NCBI GenBank assembly: GCA_017654855.1
Contig: JAFMPO010000001.1
Coordinates: 992,001-1,056,000, forward strand
Direction of reading: 5' to 3'
From: Podospora anserina
Lineage: Eukaryota
Length of the DNA: 64,000 nt
Part shown: in pieces, positions 39,757-51,314 of the stretch
Numbering within the stretch: position 1 is the first letter of the stretch
Layout of the letters: each line of letters opens with the position of its first letter
The notes under the pieces: generated by a model
What the model saw: the letters and a program-made list of their open reading frames with translations, nothing else
Databases searched by the model: none
What the model was told of the DNA's origin: nothing
Program-made: the position numbers and the translations under genes

Positions 39757-41196
39757 TCAGACCGAAGGGGCTGGTGAGCCAAAGGAGCTGAACGTGCCCG
39801 AAGACGTGGGGCTGGGCGAATCCACTGGGCTGGAAGAACCCGATTGACCCGGAGAACTGTAAGGGCTGGGGTAGGCGGACGTGTTTCCATACTTGATGAA
39901 CATCGGCCACGGGCCCCCTGAGATCAAAAACCGCTCTAGACCCAGAGAGTCAAAGTTTTCTTTGCACCTCGAAGCAGACTTCTTATACCAGCCCTCAAAT
40001 CCATCCTCCTGATGTACCGTATTCCAGTCATCGCTGACCACGGGCAGAAAATCCCAAACCTCCCTGGTGCGCGTATAAGCATCACCGCTCTCAATATCGC
40101 CTTCCAGGTGAAATCGCTGAAGCGCAGTGAGCTTCTCCTTTAGCCCGGTGAATAACGAGCGCCACCGTCCGTTGTGTAGGTGTATGCCTCCGATACTGAG
40201 CTCAAGTGGCTTAGCGAGGCCACGACCGCCAAGTCGGAGTCTCTCGAGTGTGGGGGAGTGGCGGAGTAGGAAGGACTTGAGATCCTCCTCAGAGCATGAG
40301 ATGCCCTCGAGCTTCAGATCCGTGAGCCTTTTGTAGGTGAAGTCACCGGCAAACAGAGCCCTGAAAGAGAGCTCAAACTTCTCGGCCGGCGCATGATATG
40401 TGTGGAAAGCTAGACGCAGGTGTGTGACATTGTTGGCGGACTGAAGGACCCGTCCCAACCCGTTGATCGCTCTGGACCGCGAGGCAGGGCCCATCTGACG
40501 GGGAATATCAAGCACCAGATCCAGCCGGGAGAGGCCTGCAAACGTCTGGGCACAGTCGAACCATCGCTGCCGAGCATCTGGATGACGAAAGAGCTCCAGG
40601 GGTACTTGATCGATACTCAGAGACTGAAGACGAGCGTGAGGGAGCGCGGAAAGGATGGCATCAAGGTCCTTTGAGGCGCGAAGTCGGTCTTGTTTGCGAC
40701 AGTGGTGATACGGAAAGACCTGATCAAACAAGTCAATGCCGTACGGGTTCTTGGTGAAGTTGATATCAACGACCTCCAGGTTAGGTAGCCGCTTCAAAGT
40801 GGCCTCGAGCATAGACTGGCGAGTGTGTAACGGAGCCACCAGGGTGGCACGCTCTTCGAGCTTGTGATAGCGAGACCAGCCCTCCTGAATGAAGTCATGA
40901 CCCTCGCGGCGCCTCAGCCACTGATGCAGAGAGGTGGTCTCTTGGGCCCGTCCCACATCTACTTTTGCCAAATGGAAGACCAGTGACCGGGGCTTGCCAA
41001 GAAGACGGTCATGGCGAGCAATCGAATGTAGCCTTTGAACATCATCTCTCCATTCTACTACTGCAAAGTGGTCTAGGAGGAGGTAGTCGTATCCTATATC
41101 GGCAAATTTTCGTGATGCCAGGCGGAGGGCCGTTACGGTAGGCAGGTCGCAGTATTGGTAGACGATTCGCACCAGCTCGACGGGGAGGAGGTCCAT
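39757..41196 (-). CDS. F-box-like protein with an LRR/RNI-like body
   Basis: Intronless ORF. First ATG 41196 begins MDLLPVELVRIVYQYCDLPTVTALRLASRKF (F-box pattern). Repeated LxxLxL motifs (LPNLEVVDI, LQSLSI, LSRLDL, LTDLKL, LERLRL). Confidence 0.8.
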   Translation of the reverse strand: MDLLPVELVRIVYQYCDLPTVTALRLASRKFADIGYDYLLLDHFAVVEWRDDVQRLHSIARHDRLLGKPRSLVFHLAKVDVGRAQETTSLHQWLRRREGHDFIQEGWSRYHKLEERATLVAPLHTRQSMLEATLKRLPNLEVVDINFTKNPYGIDLFDQVFPYHHCRKQDRLRASKDLDAILSALPHARLQSLSIDQVPLELFRHPDARQRWFDCAQTFAGLSRLDLVLDIPRQMGPASRSRAINGLGRVLQSANNVTHLRLAFHTYHAPAEKFELSFRALFAGDFTYKRLTDLKLEGISCSEEDLKSFLLRHSPTLERLRLGGRGLAKPLELSIGGIHLHNGRWRSLFTGLKEKLTALQRFHLEGDIESGDAYTRTREVWDFLPVVSDDWNTVHQEDGFEGWYKKSASRCKENFDSLGLERFLISGGPWPMFIKYGNTSAYPSPYSSPGQSGSSSPVDSPSPTSSGTFSSFGSPAPSV

Positions 41197-43252
41197 GCTG
41201 GAGGTGAAAGGAGCATGGGAGGACGAGATCGGCAAGCACCAGTAGGTCCCATATGATGTAGATGAAGGTGATGGAAGTAGGAGAAGACCAGACAGATATC
41301 AGGAATATAAGCCAACCGTAATTCAACGTGGGTGAGGTTATGGCGAATGGCAAAAGTGGCGGGCGAGAAGGGAAAAGGCGGACTTTTGATCTTTATACCG
41401 CCAAGCAGAACCGATCTGGCGGGCTGACACCGACACAACAACCTTCACATCCAGATGCAGGGCCCAAAAGATGGCGACCCAGGGGTAAAAAGCAGAAATG
41501 GAGTCAAACCGTTCCCTGCCCCTTGCACTAGCACATGCTGCTCGGTTGCCGGTGTTGCAGTTTCCATGGAATGCCGTCTCTTGGGCACGCGAAGGAGGAA
41601 AAATTCGACGGGCTTTGACACCGAAACTTTTGGGCAAGAAGTCGGTGAGCTTAAGACAGACAAGGGCGACCACGACGCACACGACAGTTGGATTCGCCAG
41701 CCTGGGCTTCCGACAGCGACAGGGGACCAATTGCATCCACAGTTGCATTAGCGGCCTGGTGCAGGCCCATGGATGGATGGCTGGCGGTGTGCAGCCTCTG
41801 CCTCTGTGTGACCGAAATGGAGGTGTGATGGAAAAGTCATGGAATGCGCCTCCCGTCACCTAAACGGAGACGCTGACACCACGTGAAAGGTCGCCGATGT
41901 GCGTGGTGAGCAAGCATCACCAACTAATGCCACGCCATTCCCGATCTCATCGCCTTCCGCACTTTCCAAACTTATCAAGTTCCCGATCTTATCAGAAGTC
42001 TTGGTGTTGTGGTGGAGTTGCTGTCTCTAACGAACGGAGCAGTACTGATGTCTCTCCTGCCGTTTGTTGCACAAGGCCGGAATGGTGGGATGGACACCTA
42101 CCTACCTACTGTACCTCTTCCTCTTTCAATGGCTCGTGAGCCCTGAGAACACGGGGCATGAGTCCAGCAACCTATCCAATCCACTGGTGCTGACGAAAGC
42201 ATGCCTTGGTCATATGTATCCATCAACAGTAACCTGATCATGATGCGTTACATGTAGCCACTTGCCCCTCTTTTGCGTTTAAAGTATGATTGATGAAGAA
42301 AACCGCCAGACAGACCGCACTTTGCCGCTAATAAAGTTAGGAATCTTGAAACAAAAAGGCGGACATCGACAGCAGAGGACGTTCCACAGTGACAGTCCCG
42401 CTCCTTGGGCCGTCTCGATGTCTCACCTCTGGCTCGACGCTTGTGTCCACGCACACCGAAGATGCCGCTGTTCTCTCACCTTTCCACCCACGGGTGTGTA
42501 GTGGAGGGATCTCAATCAAGGTCCAGTCAGGTCAAGGTTTCTATTATTTCTTGTGTGCCGTCGGAACACTAGACAAGACCCGGTTGGTGGTTTTAGTCCG
42601 AAAAGTGTGTTGATTGCATGAGATGTCCCAAGGCGATGCAGCCTCATTCAGAACTTGCGTCCGTATCAGGGTGTTAGACTGTTTTAATATCAGTCGGGTA
42701 CCATCTCCAGCTTACAGACCTGGTGTACTGCCTGCTCACGGCCCCTGGATCGATGGGCCTATTTGGACCGCGGAGAATACATAACGAGGTATTCTTCATC
42801 TAAAGGTGAAAGCTGCTGCATGTCACACCGAATCCCCAACCCGCCCGGCGGTGAGGCGGGCTGCCAGGCACCCCCACTCGCGGCTCCGTGGCGGGGTCTA
42901 GGCACGGATCACACGCCCGCTTTTTGCGTCTCCTCTTTGGTGTTTGAAGGCAGTTGTGGCCTCTCCAGCCCACTTCACACACCACCTCCATCAGCTCAAC
43001 TGAAAGTGCTGGGGCGTGTCCGGGCTTCTTGCCTGCATAGCCAACTGTCGATTTCAAGGGAGTCCAGTCAACCCTTCTGCAAGACAGGCACCTACCCCGC
43101 GATATTATTACACAGCCTCAAGCTTGAAATGTCGAAATGACCCATCAGCAACGAGGGACCAAGACGCCCCGCTCAAAAAACATAAGCCTTTTTGCCCACA
43201 AACCCAGCATGGTATTGCTATTCCAGCCTTGTGCCACGCCACAGCCGTCCGA

Positions 43253-45328
43253 ATGGGCTTTCCAGACCTGATGGGTTCCTCGACAGCCCATCGCGGCGCG
43301 CGAAAGAGCAATAAAGTCCCGGCCGCAAACACTCCCCTCGAGATGACACCGGCAGCTAGAACTCCAAAGGATGCTGTCAGCCATGCTCTTCCAGAGTATA
43401 TCGCAGAAGAGGAACATCTGAGGCCCCTTGGCGAGACAGCACCCGACCTGCGAGAGCTGAATGCCTGTCTCGACGCACTGGCAGCCGTCTTCCCCGACAT
43501 CCAAATCGAAGTATTCCGAGAACTGTTGACCAACTTTGACGGAGAATCTAGGCTTGCTCTCGCTGCCGACGCTTTGCTCAAGAATCGTGCCGTCTGGGTG
43601 AAAGGCCGCTGGAGGATTGACAAGGACGGACCAGACGGTATGGCTGCCAAAGAACACCAGCAAAGGCCCGGCCAGAATGCCGCAGATATCAATCGAAGGT
43701 TCGAGCGCGTGCCACCGACCGAAGTCTTTAGAAGCCATGAGTACAGAGCTGCCGTGGAGAATCTGGGCCTGCAGGAATTCAAAGGCTTGCAGCGATCAAC
43801 CATCAAAGCCGTCCTGGCTGAGCATAACTACTCCTACCTAGAAGCCCGAGAGACTCTCGTGGGGTTGGCATCCAAGTCGTGGCGCTTCACTATCTCTTCC
43901 TTATTCCGGGGACGCAAAGTTATCTCGGCTGCTGTGGCGGCCCAACACCCCCTGATCATCTATAAATCAACTGGCCAAGGGTCTATCGTCCCGACTATCA
44001 AGGCTACCGGAAGCGCTGAGCTCGACAGGGAGCTGTATGATGCCCTTATTGTGCCACTGAAAACGAAGCAGCGAGCTGAACGCGAAGCGAAGGATCACGA
44101 GTTGGCCGTAGCCATGAACAACGCCGAAGCCGAGGAGACAGACAATCTGCTGGAGTGCGTTTGCTGCTATACCGAGTCTGTCTTCGAGGAGTTCACTTCT
44201 TGTAGTGCAAACGGGCACATGATCTGCTTTCGTTGTGTACAGCACACACTCACAGAAGCCATCTTTGGCCAAGGTTGGCAGCGCAGCATTGACCCAAACA
44301 CAGGAACCCTCCGGTGCCCAGCCGCCGAATCAACAGAGTGTGCCGGATGCATTCCATCACATCACTTACACCGGGCGCTGATGGAAGATAAGACCGGCCC
44401 TGAGAAGCTTCACAAACTGGACCAGCGACTCGCCGATAATTCTCTGGCTGCGACCGGTCTGCCGATAATCCACTGCCCCTTTTGCTCCTACGCCGAGGTA
44501 GACGATATTTACCACCCTGAGACTGAAACTCAGCTCAGGCCCCGTTCTGTCAACATCTGGAATATCATCCTTGTCGTCGCATGCCTCTTCACCGTCCCCT
44601 TCCTGGCCCCGCTGGCTCTTCTGGTGGCTTTTATCATATTCCTGCTCTTCATCTCCCACCAAACCTTCGGCACCAGCGTCATGGCTGAGCTCCGCGCTGC
44701 TCGTCAACGCCAACGCCGCCGCCGTCGCGGTCTCCGCTTTACGTGTCAGAACCCTCTCTGCGGCCGCGCCTCCTGTCTGCTGTGCAATAAGGCGTGGAAG
44801 GATGTTCATGTATGCAATGAGTCCAGCCTTGTCGCTCTCCGAACGCAGGTGGAGCAGGCAATGAGCTTGGCCATCAAACGGGTGTGTCCCAAATGCAACA
44901 CTGGGTTTGTCAAGACCTCGGGCTGCAACAAGCTGACCTGCCCGTGCGGGTACAAGATGTGCTACGTCTGCCGCAAGGACATTGGGAACGGCGCGTCGAC
45001 GCAGGATGTCGGCTATCAACATTTTTGTCAGCATTTCCGGCCACAGGGCGATGGGACAAAATGCAAAGAATGCACAAAGTGTAATTTGTGGGAAAAGGAG
45101 GACGAGGAGGCGGTGCTGGACGCTGCGAGGAAGGAGGCAGAAAGGAAATGGATGGAAGCGGAGAAGAGGGAGCTCTCTGGACCAGAGCAGACATATTTGA
45201 CCGGGGGGGTGGCGGTGAACTCAACGAGGACGGGGGCTGTGGTCTTGGGGGACTTGCTGAAACGTGGGAGATGGCCCACAATGGGGGAGGTTTGTGATGT
45301 TTTGGTTGAGCAGTTTTTGAACCCTTGA
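43253..45328 (+). CDS. RBR (RING-IBR-RING) E3 ubiquitin ligase, RNF216/TRIAD3-like, with two CUE-like motifs and an internal hydrophobic segment
   Basis: First ATG at 43253. RING1 CVCC...C...H..CF.C...C; IBR CPFC...CQNPLC...CLLC...HVC; RING2 CPKC...FVKTSGCNKLTCPCGYKMCYVC...HFC. Confidence 0.88.
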   Translation: MGFPDLMGSSTAHRGARKSNKVPAANTPLEMTPAARTPKDAVSHALPEYIAEEEHLRPLGETAPDLRELNACLDALAAVFPDIQIEVFRELLTNFDGESRLALAADALLKNRAVWVKGRWRIDKDGPDGMAAKEHQQRPGQNAADINRRFERVPPTEVFRSHEYRAAVENLGLQEFKGLQRSTIKAVLAEHNYSYLEARETLVGLASKSWRFTISSLFRGRKVISAAVAAQHPLIIYKSTGQGSIVPTIKATGSAELDRELYDALIVPLKTKQRAEREAKDHELAVAMNNAEAEETDNLLECVCCYTESVFEEFTSCSANGHMICFRCVQHTLTEAIFGQGWQRSIDPNTGTLRCPAAESTECAGCIPSHHLHRALMEDKTGPEKLHKLDQRLADNSLAATGLPIIHCPFCSYAEVDDIYHPETETQLRPRSVNIWNIILVVACLFTVPFLAPLALLVAFIIFLLFISHQTFGTSVMAELRAARQRQRRRRRGLRFTCQNPLCGRASCLLCNKAWKDVHVCNESSLVALRTQVEQAMSLAIKRVCPKCNTGFVKTSGCNKLTCPCGYKMCYVCRKDIGNGASTQDVGYQHFCQHFRPQGDGTKCKECTKCNLWEKEDEEAVLDAARKEAERKWMEAEKRELSGPEQTYLTGGVAVNSTRTGAVVLGDLLKRGRWPTMGEVCDVLVEQFLNP

Positions 45329-45575
45329 GTTGTGAGTAAACAAGACGGAAGGGCATTCCAATGTAAACTGGAGACCATGTCAAGACGCAGTGTGATAGCG
45401 GAATGAAGGCTCTATTGGATATCGTACCAAGTAAAATGATAATGACGGAAACAGTCCCGTTTTGTGTGCCCATCTCGCCGAGACCATCAACACCTGCAAA
45501 ATATATATACCTGATTGTACTGTCCATCCCAACTAATTGCTCCATAGGAGTTCTTCTCACCAGTCAAAGCGCGTG

Positions 45576-45592
45576 CACACACACACACACAC
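45576..45592 (+). repeat. (CA)8 microsatellite
   Basis: Read directly; between convergent 3' ends. Confidence 0.85.
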
Positions 45593-46241
45593 GCACGCAC
45601 TGAGCCACACCAGTTTTTATTCCCACAAAGCCACGATCCACCGTTTGATTGCCACCAGCACTCAACCGAGCCAGAAGTTAAAATGCTAGAGTAAACCGCG
45701 AGTAGATCAGGACATCGCGAATCCTCTTTTCTTCTGGCCTCCTACTTTTTGACCAACCCGACACACTACTACTGCCCCCTAAACTCATGAAAATGAAGGA
45801 AACAAATGACGAGAGAAGAGGTATATTAAGAGACATAATGACCCGACACAGTTCGTGCTTCATAGTCGCCAACCACGCAAACCACCCAACCCAGCAAAGA
45901 AAACAAAAAGGTCGCTTCGCTTTGAATCACAGACAAAACCAATAACAATATCCTTCCCGTGCCCCGTTTCGTCCATCCGGGTTGCCGGCTACCCATTAGA
46001 AAAAAAAAGCCAGCCCGGTGCATTTCCCGTTTCCCCACGTGTCGCTAGTACTTTTTATCTCGAAAAGGACCACAGAACCAAGAGAAGCAAGAAGAGGAGA
46101 CTGACGCCAAGATCGGGAATAACAAGAACGGAACCCAGGGCCTAAAGCTGTACGTTTTATGCCATCCCTCGAACCCATCTAAACCAAGCCGGAGAGCTAA
46201 TAAAAATCAAGCCGAGCAGAGCCCGTGGGCCAGACGTTTTG

Positions 46242-47460
46242 CTATGGCGCGGTCACTTCGATCTTTGTATCCTCCTCCATTGACTCTGGTAACGTCTCGT
46301 TGGCTGTCTCAAGGGCAGTCTCCGCCGCGGGGTTGACAACCGGTTCGGGAATGGGAACGATTTGAATGGAAACGGGTTGGGGAAGAGTTTCTTCCTGCTG
46401 ATGATCCTGCTGTTCAAAGACAATCGGTTGCTCTGGTTCTTCTACCCTTGGCTTCTTGGCAGCTCGGCCGTCCTCGAATGTGTGATCCCGGGAATCCCTG
46501 GCTTCCTTGAGCTCAACTTCGAGTTCATCTAGGCGCCGCTTAAGCATGTTTTCCCTGCGGTGGCTTTCCTCCAGCTCGTTTTGCAACTGCGCATGCGCAG
46601 CATTGAGGGCTTCGGCTTGAACAGTCGCGACCTCGAGTTGGGCGGTCAAGGTTTCGTTCTGGCTTCGAGCCTGGTTGAGGGCATCTGTCAGAGCATCCAT
46701 TTGTGCGCGGAGCTGGGCATCCGAATCAGAGCCGCCATTCTCTGGCTGCTGTCGAGCTTGCGCTTGCAGCTGTTGCTGTTCTTGTTCGAGTTGTTGGATT
46801 CGTCCACGGTACAATTCTTGAATGACCTCGAGTTCGCTCACACGCGTCCTCAGCTGCGAATTCTCGTCATGTCCCTGAGGCATATCTGTGCGCTCGCCAT
46901 TCAGGGGTGAAGCATGGCCACCAGGCCCGCTGGCGACTTGAAACCCGGACAGCTGTTGCGCCTGAAACTGTTCATCTTGATTTCCGTACATCGGCGCCAT
47001 GTGCGGGTTATACATGTTCGGTGTTCCGGTGCGTGAAATGGGGGAGTTTGTGTCGTCCATGTGGCCATTGGTCGATTTTTGCGACGGTCCGCGGGCGCCA
47101 TTCCCATTGGCAAGGTCAGCGCCGTTCACGTCGGCGCCAGCGGGGAGAGCTTGGTTTTGTTGCGCCTGGGTGGGGATGCGGTTAGTGATTTGGTGGCTGG
47201 ACACCTCCTGCGCTTCAATTGCGTACCTTTTTCTGCTTTGCAAGATCAGGGCGCATAGTCTTGACGCGATTGCGGCTCTTGATAACGTCGGTCTTGAGGG
47301 AGCTAGGCCGAGGTCGGCCATGCAGTTTGAGAAAGAGACCGCAGGCATTGCAGAGGACGGCGCCGTGCTCGTCGCGTCTCCATAGCGGCGTGGTCGAGGT
47401 ACCGCAGTTCTGGCATGTGGGCTGTGTTGATTCACGGTCATGGTTAGCCATGGTTGCCAT
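46242..47460 (-). CDS. ASD4: GATA zinc-finger/leucine-zipper transcription factor ASD4/AreB, short isoform
   Basis: ATG 47460 in good context (GCCATCATGG). [48 protein letters not shown]. Intron 47166-47226. Zipper [23 protein letters not shown] and a further coiled coil. Confidence 0.93.
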
Positions 47461-48395
47461 GATGGCGGTGCGCTCCAAGGCGATTTGACGAAAGAAAGGG
47501 GCAGAGCGATTAGATCGTGACGATAAGGCGCCTTGATAAATGCGAGGGAGGGATAGATATGGGAGGTGGAGGAGGGATGATAAGAAGATGATAAGGAAAT
47601 TTTTGAACGGATCCCAAGTGTGGGGCACCAGTGATAACACAATCGCTTTTTGGGCGACCGATCGATCTGCAGACAGCGCGGGAGCCAGTGTGGGTTGGGG
47701 GCTTAGATAAGCGCAACCCCACCAGATTTTTTCACCCTGATGACATCGTGAAGAGCCAATTGGAGGGGAAAAGGGCGGCCAACAATGGACATGGGTTCCG
47801 TCCGACTCTCCCTCTACCCCTGCGTCCTTGGATTGATTCGCAAACCCCTCTGCAAGCACTACAATCGGGCCTCGGTGATGGATTGTCGAGATCGTCTATG
47901 CCACATGGGTGGAGTTGACGAGCAAACAAAGTGTGAATCTGAACGTACCAAGTTACCACCCGGGCCAGGATGGGTGCTCGCAGGCGACGTTCTAGGAGGC
48001 ATCGCAGGCGCGATCGCAACAGGCCTGAGCGAAGCAAACGCGTTAGTCAAGTTAGTTCCATAAACAAGCAAGCAAGCAGTGACAGCTACGGACTGGATGA
48101 ACCGGAGTCACAATGGCCTGCAACGAATACAGTTCGAATGCGCGTCTCCAGCAGCTCCATGCGCCACAAAGAAAAATAACACTGACCTAGGCTGCTGTAT
48201 CTGAGGGGTGCCCGTACCAGGGGCGAATGTAGAGACACCCGGGAGCGGGTTCAAGGGCGTACTGCCAGAGGCTGTACTAGGCGCATCCGGGTGCGTCGCT
48301 GCCAGGCTCGGAGAAGTAGGCCGCGCCTCGGGCTCAGGAGCTGAGGGCAATGGTGGCCCCGATGACAGGCCTTCGGTGGCCGCGCTTTCGTCCAT
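46242..48395 (-). CDS. ASD4: ASD4/AreB predicted long isoform (exons 48395-48187, 48024-47949, 47421-47227, 47165-46242)
   Basis: Canonical donors, branch sites and acceptors with consistent phases (2, 0, 0) give MDESAATEG...QQPR-PVAIAP...PGGNL-PTCQNC. Confidence 0.72.
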
Positions 48396-49490
48396 CTTCC
48401 AGTCAGGATGGAAGGGGATTTGCTGATTGATATCCGGGGGTGGCGTCGGCTCCGGGTGCAAAGGGGAGAGATGGGGAGGCTGTAATTGCGCCAGTTTGAT
48501 CGAGGTCGTGAGAAACACTGTGCGCCGTTGAGAGGTCGCGGTCGCGAAAGAAACTTGGAGGGGCGTCGACGGAAGACTGCGGAAGGAGACAGGTTTCCCG
48601 GGGCCGGGCGGTCGGGGGAGCCGGGAAAAGAAGCGGTGCCGCACAGCGATTCGATCGGCAGTCGTGCTAAGGGCAGTGCAATGGATCGGAGCATGCGAGA
48701 TGGGGGGCGCGAGAGGCAGTGGTGAATTCGCCAAACACGCGTGACGGGTGCCAACAATTGCAAAGGGAAGCGGTAGGCGGCAAAAGCGGACAAAGACTGG
48801 AGAATTCCTCGTTCTCTCTCGATCTAAGACATTACAATACTAATCAGTCTTTTTGCGCAAGGCAAACGAGGGAAAAAGCCGACACGGGGAATAAACAGAA
48901 CGAACAATACAAGAACAAATCCCCTTTTCCAGTGCAGGACGATCGAGCCTCGACTTGTAGGTTCCTGTGTTACGACACGGAATTACACAGTAGCGCTAAT
49001 CCAAATCTTTTTGAGTGGCTAGGGACCGACCGCTATATTTGGACGCTTGGCACGCTGATTGGCTTGCTTTGCAGCTTATCGTCCAGCAGAGCCTCGAAAT
49101 AACCTACACTGTAGGTAGTGATCAAATAGTATTTGGGAGTCACATCTGAAGGGATATCCAAATAACACTTGTGATCATGTCTATGCTTTCATCCCCCTTA
49201 GGAGCGCAAAACGAGATCCCATCTATAAGTCTATACATAATACTAAGGTGAGGCTTTTCTCCTGATCCTTCCTTCACTTGTCTACATGGCAGACCCTGGA
49301 AGCAAGGTGAGACCAAGTTTAGCAGATAAGATACGAGATAGGAGCTTGGCGATAAGAAGCAACCAGCGACCCCAATGTCCATGGTGGTTTGTACTGTGTG
49401 CCAGTATCCATTATAGCACGTCAAAAACACCATACTTGGCGCATGAAGAACCGCAAGCGTTATGGTTCCTGAGCTGAATTCAATGATTGA

Positions 49491-50918
<1,428 letters not shown>

Positions 50919-51314
50919 GGTTGAGTGGCGGAGGGAAAGGGAGTTGTAATGGAGACCTGTCAATCTGGATGTTCGAATCCAGAGCCCATGATACCCAAAG
51001 CAGGGCCTGATGCTGACTGAGTTGGCGCAAATCTTCTGCTTTTGTGACTTTTTTTTGCTTTGAGGACAGCGATCATCTTTTGGTTGGCGAGTTTGGAAAA
51101 GGAACCGAGGCACTGGCGTCATCGGTTTCCATATCCGTTGGTGCGGGGGAACGTGGGGAAGGCGGATCCGGGCCCGAACTCCTTAGCGCCGGGATTCGAT
51201 TTCTTAAAGGGACGACACCCAGTGGCTCATCAAGGTTGACCCCTTTCGTTACTACTGACTGCATTTATGTACATTAATTGATATCTCGACTTAAGGTGAT
51301 TCATCACATTCACC

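Noticed and set aside
43016..43252. N-terminal 79-codon extension of the RBR ORF from a GTG (likewise KRR1 49503-49781)
   Set aside because: Artefacts of longest-ORF calling. The sequence is not protein-like, and the downstream ATG fits better; for KRR1 it matches the conserved N-terminus.
49102..49116. Palindrome ACCTACA-C-TGTAGGT in a mildly AT-rich spacer
   Set aside because: Too short, with no terminal inverted repeat partner or target-site duplication; no evidence for a MITE or RIP relic.
50964..50983. Hairpin TCTGGAT-GTTCGA-ATCCAGA resembling a tRNA T-arm
   Set aside because: The stem register does not fit a T-arm, and no acceptor, D or anticodon arms can be built; it lies in the KRR1 3' UTR.
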